From NCBI RefSeq assembly GCF_003324675.1, contig NZ_CP030918.1, forward strand, positions 2,970,001-3,002,000: DNA of 32,000 nucleotides. The letters run 5' to 3'. Origin of the DNA: Paracoccus suum. Its GTDB lineage: Bacteria; Pseudomonadota; Alphaproteobacteria; Rhodobacterales; Rhodobacteraceae. Both the position numbers and the translations under genes were made by a program. The notes below the pieces were generated by a model. It was not told the origin of the DNA and did no database searches. It worked only from the letters and a program-made list of their open reading frames with translations. Shown one piece after another: positions 18,101-25,798 of the stretch; within the stretch, counting starts at the first letter, position 1; each line of letters starts with the position of its first letter.

Positions 18101-19459
18101 TTATTCGGCGGCGTGCAGGTCAGGCGCGTCAATCGGCGTGAGGGTAATGCCCATCAGGGCGGCGTGGATATCCTCGGCGGCGTCGCGGCCGTTGGCGACG
18201 GCGGTGACGGTCAGATCCTCGCCTCCGGCGGCGCAATCGCCGCCGGCCCAGACCCCGGCCAGCGAGGTCCGGCCGGCGCCGGTGATGGCAATCTTGCCAC
18301 CCTCCAGCGCGATGCCATCCGGCGCGCCCTCCAGGCGCTGCCCGATGGCGGAAAGGATCTGGTCTGCTGGCAGACGGAAGCTCTCGCCGCTGTTGAGCAT
18401 GGTCCCGTCCGGCAGATCGATGGTCCATCCCAGGTCCAGCGCGCCGTCATCGGCCCGCGCGGTTGGCACGGCATTGGTCGCGATCCGAACGCCTGAGGTC
18501 ACGGCATGCTCCTGCTCGTGGGCCGAGGCGGACATCCGGTCCTGCCCGCGGCGATAGGCGATGGTAACAGTCTGCGCGCCCAGCAGCCTCGCCTGCACGG
18601 CGGCATCAATGGCAGTCATCCCGCCGCCGATCACGACCACGTCTCGGCCAACGGGCAGCGCCGCGCGATCGGGCGTCTGCCGCAGTTCCGCGATGAAATC
18701 GACGGCATCGCGAACGCCCTCGATCTCGAGGCTGTTCACACCGGCCAGCCCCATCCCGAGGAAGACCGCGTCATGGTCAGCCTGCAACTGCGCCAGCGTG
18801 ACGTCCGCCCCCAGACGCACGCCCTGCCGCAGGGCGATGCCCCCAATTCCCAGCAACCATTCAATCTCGGCCTGGGCAAAGCCGTCGACGGCCTTGTAGC
18901 TGGCAATGCCGTATTCGTTCAGCCCGCCCGGCTTGGCATGGGCGTCGAACACCGTCACCTCATGCCCCTTGGCGGCAAGGCGATGGGCGCAAGACAGCCC
19001 CGCCGGGCCGGCGCCGACCACGGCAATGCGCTTGCCCGTCGGCGCCCCGCGCCGGAACGGATGGATGCCGGCGGCGATGATCCCGTCGGTCGCATGGCGC
19101 TGGAGGGCGCCGATCTCGACCGGCAGCCCCTCGGCCTCCATCCGCACGCAGGCCCCCTCGCACAGCGTCTCGGTGGGGCAGACGCGGGCGCACATGCCGC
19201 CAAAGATGTTGCTGTGCAGGATAGTCATGCCGGCGGCATCGGGCGTGCCGGACTGGATCTGACGGATGAACAGCGGGATATCGATCCCGGTCGGGCATGC
19301 CGTCACGCAGGGCGCATCGTAGCAGAAATAGCAGCGGTCAGCGGCAACGCGCGCCTGATGCGGCTCGAGTGCCGGGGCGACGTCGCTGAAATTGGCAGCC
19401 AACTCATCCGCGGGCAAGCGGCCCGGCACCACCCCTGGCGTGAAGGCACTGTTGGTCAT
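18101..19459 (-). CDS. preT: NAD-dependent dihydropyrimidine dehydrogenase, PreT subunit (glutamate synthase small-chain-like FAD/NAD(P) oxidoreductase with N-terminal Fe-S motifs)
   Basis: Motifs seen are CYFCYDAPCVTACPTGIDIP, CARVCPTETLCEGAC, the dinucleotide-binding site IAVVGAGPAGLSCA, and a second Rossmann motif VVVIGGGMTAIDAA. It sits directly upstream of preA in the same orientation with a 22-nt gap. Confidence 0.9.
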   Translation of the reverse strand: MTNSAFTPGVVPGRLPADELAANFSDVAPALEPHQARVAADRCYFCYDAPCVTACPTGIDIPLFIRQIQSGTPDAAGMTILHSNIFGGMCARVCPTETLCEGACVRMEAEGLPVEIGALQRHATDGIIAAGIHPFRRGAPTGKRIAVVGAGPAGLSCAHRLAAKGHEVTVFDAHAKPGGLNEYGIASYKAVDGFAQAEIEWLLGIGGIALRQGVRLGADVTLAQLQADHDAVFLGMGLAGVNSLEIEGVRDAVDFIAELRQTPDRAALPVGRDVVVIGGGMTAIDAAVQARLLGAQTVTIAYRRGQDRMSASAHEQEHAVTSGVRIATNAVPTARADDGALDLGWTIDLPDGTMLNSGESFRLPADQILSAIGQRLEGAPDGIALEGGKIAITGAGRTSLAGVWAGGDCAAGGEDLTVTAVANGRDAAEDIHAALMGITLTPIDAPDLHAAE

Positions 19460-19467
19460 GCGGCCCC

Positions 19468-19521
19468 CTTGGCTGATCCCACGCGGGCGCGGGACTTGGC
19501 TGATCCTTCGATGAGATCAGC
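19468..19521. promoter_or_regulatory. Operator-like repeat set immediately upstream of preT: three GCTGATC/GATCAGC half-sites
   Basis: The exact 12-mer CTTGGCTGATCC occurs twice, at 19468-19479 and 19495-19506 (27-bp spacing). The second copy forms a perfect 7-bp inverted repeat, GCTGATC (19499-19505) - 9 nt - GATCAGC (19515-19521). All of this lies within 62 nt upstream of the preT start codon (19459, minus strand). The proximal copy overlaps the RBS AAGGGGG. Confidence 0.35.
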
Positions 19522-19574
19522 GTGACGCACTCGCCCCGCGCCGGTCAAGGACCAAGGTATGCACGGAGCGGAGG

Positions 19575-20687
19575 TCAGGAGCTCTGTGGCAGACGCGAAA
19601 AGCCCTCGGGCTGACTCAGCATGGCCATGATCTGGCGGGCCATTTCAACCGATTCCGGGACGTGTCCGCGCTCGTCCCGGTAAATCCAGGCGGCGTGCGG
19701 CCCGGCCTGTGACAGGCCCAAGGGTGGCACCGGGTCTCCTCCGATGGACGTCCAAAACGGAAGGAAGTGGTCGCGATAGTGATGAACGTCGAGTTCATTC
19801 TGCACGAGAATGGCGCGCGACCGTGTTACGGTCTGCCATCGCGCGGACATGTCAACGCGCAGCCGGAACGCTGCCCTGATCGCGTCGGGCGAGGCGTTCC
19901 CGAACGCGGCCGCACGGAAATTGGCGACATGGCGCGTTATTTCGTAGTTCATGGCGTCGGACTGGGCATTGACGGCAACAGCGGTCGATCCCTCGATCTG
20001 GGCAGCAAGTGCAAGCGCCGCAAAGCCACCTGCGGAACTGCCGTAAATCACGATCCGCTCAGACGGAATGCTGCCCGCCCTCGCGAAGGAAGAGACGAAC
20101 TCCGCCAGTTGGGGGATCGCGTCGTTCCTCTCGTCGCCAATGCACCAGCCTATGCACAGGCGTTCGTCCAGTTCGAGCGTTGGGTCGGCAATGCACAGAA
20201 CGTCTCCTGGGAAAATCCCTTCACGGGCCCAGCGCCCACGGCTGAACACCGGCAACACATGCTTGGTACGATCAATGGCAGAGGGCATCATAACGAAGAG
20301 ATGGCGGCCCTCGCCCGGATACAGGACAGCAGGAAATCGCCAGTTTCTGCCCTTCAGGTAGAAAACCCTTTGCCCATCGGCCGCAGCACGAGGGAGCGAT
20401 TGGGCGCTTACGGGCTGCGGATTAACAAATAGCGGGCCGGAGCTGCGGCTTTCGGTCTGGCCGTCGGCAGTTCGGGCAAACGCCTGGATGCGATAAATCC
20501 CTGGAGGATGGCGGCCGACAAAACGGAAGACACAGCTGTCCTGATACCATATAGTTGTGACTCGCTCTTCATTGCGAAAAAGATAGGCCGCATACTGAGT
20601 GCCGGGCGGAAGATCCGACGGAAAGACCTCGCACACGATGTCAGGGGCATCGAAACTTGCAACGACCTCACCAAGGTACTTCATCAT
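19575..20687 (-). CDS. Hypothetical alpha/beta-hydrolase-fold protein (about 370 aa) with an unrecognised N-terminal domain of about 100 aa
   Basis: The nucleophile elbow reads RIVIYGSSAGGFAALALA (GxSxG). Candidate triad acid and His lie downstream (NELDVHH, RDERGHVP). The N-terminal segment reads YLGEVVASFDAPDIVCEVFPSDLPPGTQYAAYLFRNEERVTTIWYQDSCVFRFVGRHPPGIYRIQAFARTADG. It looks like a beta-sandwich module that I cannot place in a family. The track start is GTG 20708. The tandem ATGs at 20687/20684 (MMKYLGEV) are more likely. Confidence 0.65.
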   Translation of the reverse strand: MMKYLGEVVASFDAPDIVCEVFPSDLPPGTQYAAYLFRNEERVTTIWYQDSCVFRFVGRHPPGIYRIQAFARTADGQTESRSSGPLFVNPQPVSAQSLPRAAADGQRVFYLKGRNWRFPAVLYPGEGRHLFVMMPSAIDRTKHVLPVFSRGRWAREGIFPGDVLCIADPTLELDERLCIGWCIGDERNDAIPQLAEFVSSFARAGSIPSERIVIYGSSAGGFAALALAAQIEGSTAVAVNAQSDAMNYEITRHVANFRAAAFGNASPDAIRAAFRLRVDMSARWQTVTRSRAILVQNELDVHHYRDHFLPFWTSIGGDPVPPLGLSQAGPHAAWIYRDERGHVPESVEMARQIMAMLSQPEGFSRLPQSS

Positions 20688-20784
20688 GCCCCGCCCTGCG
20701 CCTGTCACTCGCCGTTAGCGCCGATCCATGGGACGGGGCAAGGCAGAACAGCCTCCGAGCGATGCGTAGAGCCTTCCATCGGGT

Positions 20785-21720
20785 CTAGCTCACATCCGCG
20801 TACCCAATTTGCCACGGCCGAACGGCCAGTTCTGCCGCAAGGAAATCGACGATCGCGCGCAGCTTGGCCGGCATCGGGCTGATCGGTGGCCAGACCGCCA
20901 TGATCGGCAGTGTCCGCGTCTCGAAGTCGGCAAGGACCTGCACCAGGCGTCCGTCGGCGATCGCCTCGGCCACGATGAACTGCGGCAGCATCGCCAGTCC
21001 GAGCCCGGCTACAGCCATGTCGCGGATTGCCTCGCCGTTGTTCATCACCAGCCGGGCGCTGACCTTGGGCGAGATCCAACGGCCGCCCTGCTGAAACAGC
21101 CACAGCCGGGCGTCGGGCAGGTGGGCATAGCCAATCACCTGGCGCGACGAAAGGTCGGCCGGGGCCTCGGGCGCGCCGGTGCGGGCGAGGTAATCGGGGC
21201 TGGCAACCACGATCTGGCGATCCTCGCACAGCTTCTTGGCGATCAGGGCGCTGTCGCGCGCTTCGCCGATGCGGATCGCCAGATCGAACCCCTCGCGGGC
21301 CAGATCGCGGGCGCGATCGTCGAAATCGACGCGCAGAGCCAATCCCGGATGGGCTACGGCGAAGCGGGCCAGGATCGACGCCAGATGCATCGTGCCAAAG
21401 GTCATGGGCGCTGCAATCGACAAGCTGCCGATCAGCGCGCCGCCGTCCATGCCCCAGGCAGCGCTTTCCGTGGCGGCGACAAGCTCCGCGAGGGCGGGGC
21501 GCAGCCGCTCGGCCATCTGCAGCGCCGCCTCGGTGGGGGTGATGCGGCCGGCATTACGCAGGAAAAGGGCGGCGCCGCGCGCCGTCCGCTGGCCGAGTAT
21601 GAAGGCCCCCCATTACGGCCCCATAAGTGTCGCCTGCCCACGAACTGCCCGGGCAAACCTTGGCTTGGGTGTGACCTGTCGGCTCCCCGAGGCGAGGGCG
21701 ATGTACCTGGACTGCTTTCC
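20785..21720 (-). pseudogene. LysR-family regulator with an intact effector-binding domain ORF but a disrupted N-terminal wHTH region (probable pseudogene or N-terminally truncated gene)
   Basis: ORF 20785..21516 (243 aa) is a typical LysR substrate-binding domain: GSLSIAAPMTFG...LAIRIGEARDSALIAKKL...VMNNGEAIRDMAVAGLGLAMLPQFIV. Reading upstream in frame gives ...ILGQRTARGAALFLRNAGRITPTEAALQ, the end of an HTH domain, and then hits TAA at 21615..21613. HTH-like remnants appear only in the other two frames: LESWKAVQV near 21720-21694, then IALASGS...ARAVRGQATL. A GGAGGAGG Shine-Dalgarno-like run lies at 21731..21724. This implies at least two frameshifts relative to an ancestral gene of about 300 aa. 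Confidence 0.5.
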
Positions 21721-21980
21721 ACGATTCTAACGACCTCCTCCGCCGATTACACGTATCCGTGAGCAGAATTCCGCCGGTCGAAATCGGATCGCATTTTAAA
21801 TAACTGACAGCAAACCGAAATCTGTCCTTCCCGGTCACGCGTTAAGGGCATGGACAGGTTCGGCCCGCCTCACCATCATTCCCTCAGGCTGCAGATCCCC
21901 GCTTGGCATTGAAATGCCGGGTGTTGCCACGGCTGTATTACGAGTGACCATTCGAAGGTTATCATATAGGAGTGCAAGAA

Positions 21981-24900
21981 ATGCCGTCTCCGAGCCAGGA
22001 TAACGAAGACTGGTGGGTCAACGACCAGACCCCCGACAATCCCTACGGCAAAAGCGAAGATTACGACGCCTTTCTTGACTACCTCGGCGCGCTCAATCGC
22101 AGCCTGACACCGGCGATCGCGCAAGAGCCGTTGAAGGTCAACCTTTCCGAATTGAACAACCATCCCGAATACAAGGCTGCCGCCGAAGGCGCGCTGACGA
22201 TGTGGTCCTCGGTGACCCCGCTTGAATTCGAAATCATTGACGACATTCCATTCGATCGCGCCACGCAATGGATGCAAGTCGTCAGCCCGGAAATTGGCGA
22301 GCCCGGCGACGGCAGCGCCTATTCCAGCAACCGTTACGTCAGCATCGGCCAGCGTTTCCATGATACCGAGCCGAACAAGACCGATATCGGCGGCTATGTC
22401 TTCGATTCATTTATACACGAATTCGGCCATGAATTCGGCCTGAACCATCCGGGACTCTACAATTATAGCGGCCCGGGTGGGGTGCAGATCAATTACCTGA
22501 ATAACGCCACCTGGATCTACGATCGTCAGCAATACAGCGTGATGTCCTATTTCGATGGCATCGACGTCGGCGAGACTACCCGCTGGTCCGCGTCGACCCC
22601 GATGCTTGCGGATATCGAAGCTGTTATCAGGCGCTTTTTCTCGACCGTTGATGCCAATGGGGTGCGCACTTATCAGACCATCGACCTCAACACCGGCGAC
22701 AACACTTACGGCTTCAACAGTTCCCAATATGGCTATCAGCTGACGACCTCCGGAATGCAGCACGACATCGGTTTCGTGATCCACGATACGGGTGGCGATG
22801 ATACCATTGATTTTTCCGGATCGACTGCCGGGACCATCCTCGACCTGCGCGCCGGCCAGTTTTCCAGCGTGAACGGCCACAGCAACAACGTGTCGATCTT
22901 CGCCGGCCACAATGCCGATGCCACGCAATATTATGTCGAAACCGGGATTGGCAGCCGCTTTGCCGATGTCCTGATCGGCAATGACGGCGACAATATCCTC
23001 GATGGCCGGGGCGGCGGCGACAGCATGGCCGGCAACGGCGGCGACGATACCTATTTCGTCGACTCGGCCGATGACGTCGTGCGTGAGCTTGCGGATGGTG
23101 GCAATGACACGATCATCGTGATGTCGCGCGATATCGACGTCAGCGGTTTTGCCAATATCGAGAACGTGATCTACGTCGACGGGACGGACGTTCCCGATGA
23201 TGGCGGGGGCGATACGCCGGTCAATGGCGGCGGCGCGCTGGGCAGCATCATCTTTGGCGACGCCAAGGATAACACGCTTAACGGCGGTGCTGGCGGCAAC
23301 ACTATCTTTGGTCTCGACGGCAACGACCTGATCATCGGCGGGCGCGACTCGCTGGCCAGCCGCGACATCAACAACACCATCCCGATTGCCGATCTGGAGG
23401 ACCAGACCGAGAGCGACGACGGCAACGACGCGCTGTATGGCGGTCGCGGCGACGACACCATCATGGGCGGCGCGGGCGATGACACGCTCGACGGCGGGGA
23501 TGGCAACGACGTGCTGCGCGGGCAAGACGGCGTCGACGTCTTCCGCGGCGGTGCCGGGGTCGACACGGTCGACTACAGCATGGAAAGCCCGTTCCAGCTG
23601 CTCGTGAACCTCGAGGCGAACCTCGCCAGCGGCGGCACCGGCTCGGGCGACACGTTCTACAGCATCGAGAACCTGATCGGCTCGGATGACCGGATCGACC
23701 GCTTCATCGGCACCTCGGCCAACAACCACTTCTGGGGTCGCGGTGGCGGCGACTATTTCAATGGTCGCGACGGTGACGACATCCTGGATGGAGCCGCCGA
23801 CGGCGACATCATCTATGGCGAGGGTGGCAACGACACCATCATCGGCGGCAGCGGCCAGGATTATCTGGACGGTGGCGAGGGGAACGACACGGTCGATTAC
23901 ACCGGCAGCAACGCCGGCGTGACCATCAACCTTGCCAATGGCAACACCAATGGTGGGGACGCCGACGGGCCCGTACAGATCGTCGGGCGCGGGACGGTGA
24001 TCCGGCACGACATCATCGTCGGGTTCGAGAATGTGCTCGGCTCGATGCACAACGACAACCTGATCGGCAACGCGCAGGCGAACCTGCTGTCGGGCGGCAT
24101 GGGCGATGACACCCTGTCGGGCGGCGCAGGGGCCGACACGCTGCAGGGCGGCGCGGGCCTGGACACCGCGGACTATGCGGACTCGGCCGCTGGCGTGCGC
24201 ATCAATCTCGGTCTCGGCAAGACCGGGGATGACACCTACGTCTCGATCGAGAACCTCTCCGGCTCGGGGCATGCCGACCGTGTGGCCGGTGACAATGCGG
24301 CCAACGTGCTGACCGGCCAGGGCGGTGCCGACACGCTGCATGGTGGCGATGGCGACGACGTGCTGCTGGGCGATTTCGCTTACCAGGGCGAGGCACCCCC
24401 GCGGCCCGGAATGGGCAGCGGCTATGCCACGCTGGGTCCGGACGCGACCAACAACTCGATCGCGACGGCGTTCGACCTGTCGAACAACTTCTCGCTTGCG
24501 GCAGATCCGGATATCTTCGACTCGACCACGATCCTGCACTCGACCGTCAACGCGACGGGCAATGGCCAGGGTGGCTACTACAAGGTGAACCTCGCGGCAG
24601 GCACGGTGCTGACGGTCGACATCGACCATATCGCCGATCCCAACGTCCACGACAGCTGGGTCAAGATCCTCGACAGCGCCGGCAATGTCGTCGCCGAGAA
24701 TGACGACGGAGGCGGCGATCCCGGCTCGGTCACCGGCCGCGACTCGAGCGCGGTGTTCGTGGCTGACACGTCGGGCACTTACTACATCCTGGAGGGCAAG
24801 TGGTCGCCCGATGCGCCCGGTGACGGCTTCGTCGCCGCGGTGCCCGAGGGTTCCACCTACGAGGTCAACGTTTCGGTCGACTTCCCGCCGGCGCCTGCCC

Positions 24901-25316
24901 GGCCGGGCGTTTCCGGGGCGGACATCCTGGTCGGCGACGCCGGCAACGACCTGCTGGACGGCGGCCTTGGGGCGGACACGTTGAAGGGCGGCATAGGTGA
25001 GGACACCTTCCGTTTCTCGACAGAGCTTGGGAACGGCAATCTGGATCGGATCACCGACTTCAACGTGGCGGACGACCAGATCATGCTCGATGATCTGATC
25101 TTCACCGAGATCGGCCCAGAGGGCATCCTGCGTTTTGGCGCGTTCCATGCCAGCTCGTCCGGGACCGCACAGGATGCCGATGACCGCATCCTGTTCGATA
25201 CCGACAACGGCGTGCTGTCCTATGACGCCGACGGCACTGGCGAAATCGAGGCGATCCAGTTCGCCCGCCTGACCGGCGGCCTGAGCCTGAGCGAGCGCGA
25301 TTTCATCATTATCTGA
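21981..25316 (+). CDS. Giant secreted serralysin-family (M10B) zinc metalloprotease fused to multiple RTX Ca2+-binding repeat blocks, with an inserted PPC-like beta-sandwich domain and a C-terminal type I secretion signal; 1111 aa
   Basis: The zinc motif HEFGHEFGLNHP (HExxHxxGxxHP) is at 22416-22451. The Met-turn SVMSY is at 22536-22550. The serralysin C-terminal module reads NTYGFNS...IHDTGGDDTIDFSG...ILDLRAGQFSSVNG...NVSIFAG. GGxGxDxUx nonapeptide clusters lie at about 22970-23060, 23430-23560, 23740-23890, 24080-24170, 24300-24370 and 24920-25010. The PPC/pre-peptidase-like segment is at about 24414-24881 (NNSIATAFDLS...GYYKVNLAAGTVLTVDID...VKILDSAGNVVAENDDGGG...SGTYYILE). The tail reads DRITDFNVADDQIMLDD...LSYDADGTG...ERDFIII, an acidic residue followed by hydrophobics. 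There is no N-terminal signal peptide. Start is ATG 21981, 8 nt after AGGAG (21968-21972). The track's GTG 21972 overlaps the RBS. Confidence 0.9.
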   Translation: MPSPSQDNEDWWVNDQTPDNPYGKSEDYDAFLDYLGALNRSLTPAIAQEPLKVNLSELNNHPEYKAAAEGALTMWSSVTPLEFEIIDDIPFDRATQWMQVVSPEIGEPGDGSAYSSNRYVSIGQRFHDTEPNKTDIGGYVFDSFIHEFGHEFGLNHPGLYNYSGPGGVQINYLNNATWIYDRQQYSVMSYFDGIDVGETTRWSASTPMLADIEAVIRRFFSTVDANGVRTYQTIDLNTGDNTYGFNSSQYGYQLTTSGMQHDIGFVIHDTGGDDTIDFSGSTAGTILDLRAGQFSSVNGHSNNVSIFAGHNADATQYYVETGIGSRFADVLIGNDGDNILDGRGGGDSMAGNGGDDTYFVDSADDVVRELADGGNDTIIVMSRDIDVSGFANIENVIYVDGTDVPDDGGGDTPVNGGGALGSIIFGDAKDNTLNGGAGGNTIFGLDGNDLIIGGRDSLASRDINNTIPIADLEDQTESDDGNDALYGGRGDDTIMGGAGDDTLDGGDGNDVLRGQDGVDVFRGGAGVDTVDYSMESPFQLLVNLEANLASGGTGSGDTFYSIENLIGSDDRIDRFIGTSANNHFWGRGGGDYFNGRDGDDILDGAADGDIIYGEGGNDTIIGGSGQDYLDGGEGNDTVDYTGSNAGVTINLANGNTNGGDADGPVQIVGRGTVIRHDIIVGFENVLGSMHNDNLIGNAQANLLSGGMGDDTLSGGAGADTLQGGAGLDTADYADSAAGVRINLGLGKTGDDTYVSIENLSGSGHADRVAGDNAANVLTGQGGADTLHGGDGDDVLLGDFAYQGEAPPRPGMGSGYATLGPDATNNSIATAFDLSNNFSLAADPDIFDSTTILHSTVNATGNGQGGYYKVNLAAGTVLTVDIDHIADPNVHDSWVKILDSAGNVVAENDDGGGDPGSVTGRDSSAVFVADTSGTYYILEGKWSPDAPGDGFVAAVPEGSTYEVNVSVDFPPAPARPGVSGADILVGDAGNDLLDGGLGADTLKGGIGEDTFRFSTELGNGNLDRITDFNVADDQIMLDDLIFTEIGPEGILRFGAFHASSSGTAQDADDRILFDTDNGVLSYDADGTGEIEAIQFARLTGGLSLSERDFIII

Positions 25317-25327
25317 TCGTGCGACGC

Positions 25328-25357
25328 AAAAGGGGGGCTTCGGCCCCCTTTTTTTTG
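25328..25357 (+). terminator. Rho-independent terminator downstream of the RTX protease gene
   Basis: The sequence is caAAAAGGGGGGC-TTCG-GCCCCCTTTTTTTTg. It has a GC stem of 6-7 bp (25332-25338 pairs with 25343-25348), a TTCG tetraloop and an 8-T tract (25349-25356). The A-run on the 5' side could allow bidirectional function. Confidence 0.8.
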
Positions 25358-25397
25358 TTTATGGAACCTGCCACCTCACACGGAAGGAGACGTGGCA

Positions 25398-25793
25398 ATG
25401 AAGCGATTTACCGATCGACGCATGGTACTGATGGCCGCCGGTACCGCCGCCGCCGCTGCGGTCGCAGGCTCTGTCGCCGCCCAGACCGCCGACATCCGCG
25501 GCACCGTCGAATACGAAGGCGGGATCGAGATCCCCAAGGGCCAGCTCGTCATCTACGTCGAGGGTCCGGCCCCAGAAAACGCTCGCGTCCCGGACAACGC
25601 AGCCAGGGTCGAAAGCGACGGCGGCGCGAAGAAGGTCGAGTTTTCTGTTCCCGCCGTCGCCCGGACCGCTGCCCCCGCGCAGGAGGTTGTCGCCCGGCTG
25701 GAGCGCGCGGACGGCTGGCTGCTCGCCCGGGGCAGCGCCACGCTGACAGCCGACGCGCCGGTGCAGATCGTCCTTTATACCGCGATGTACTGA
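25398..25793 (+). CDS. Small exported hypothetical protein (131 aa, Tat/Sec-type signal peptide)
   Basis: ATG 25398 lies 8 nt after AGGAG (25385-25389). The N-terminus is MKRFTDRRMVLMAAGTAAAAAVAGSVAA/QT, which shows an RR motif, a hydrophobic core and an AxA-like cleavage site. The mature part looks beta-rich, has no Cys and carries no motif I recognise. Confidence 0.6.
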   Translation: MKRFTDRRMVLMAAGTAAAAAVAGSVAAQTADIRGTVEYEGGIEIPKGQLVIYVEGPAPENARVPDNAARVESDGGAKKVEFSVPAVARTAAPAQEVVARLERADGWLLARGSATLTADAPVQIVLYTAMY

Positions 25794-25798
25794 TCCAC

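Noticed and set aside
22416-22439. Exact 9-nt duplication GAATTCGGC with 12-nt period (two EcoRI sites) inside the zinc-binding motif, which gives HEFG-HEFG.
   Set aside because: It simply encodes a valid HExxHxxGxxH motif. It is a curiosity, possibly a small ancestral duplication, with no evidence of independent function.
22970-25010. Strong short-period DNA repetitiveness that could be mistaken for a tandem repeat or CRISPR-like array.
   Set aside because: The periodicity is the 27-nt GGxGxDxUx RTX nonapeptide coding repeat inside one continuous ORF. The repeats are degenerate at DNA level and there are no spacer-like unique units.
22407-25148. 913-aa minus-strand ORF antisense to the RTX protease gene, plus 21876..22361 antisense to its 5' end.
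   Set aside because: This is the mirror image of GGC/GAC-rich repeat codons, which gives Val/Ala/Ile/Asp-rich pseudo-protein. It has no start context. The sense-strand protein has unambiguous catalytic and RTX motifs.
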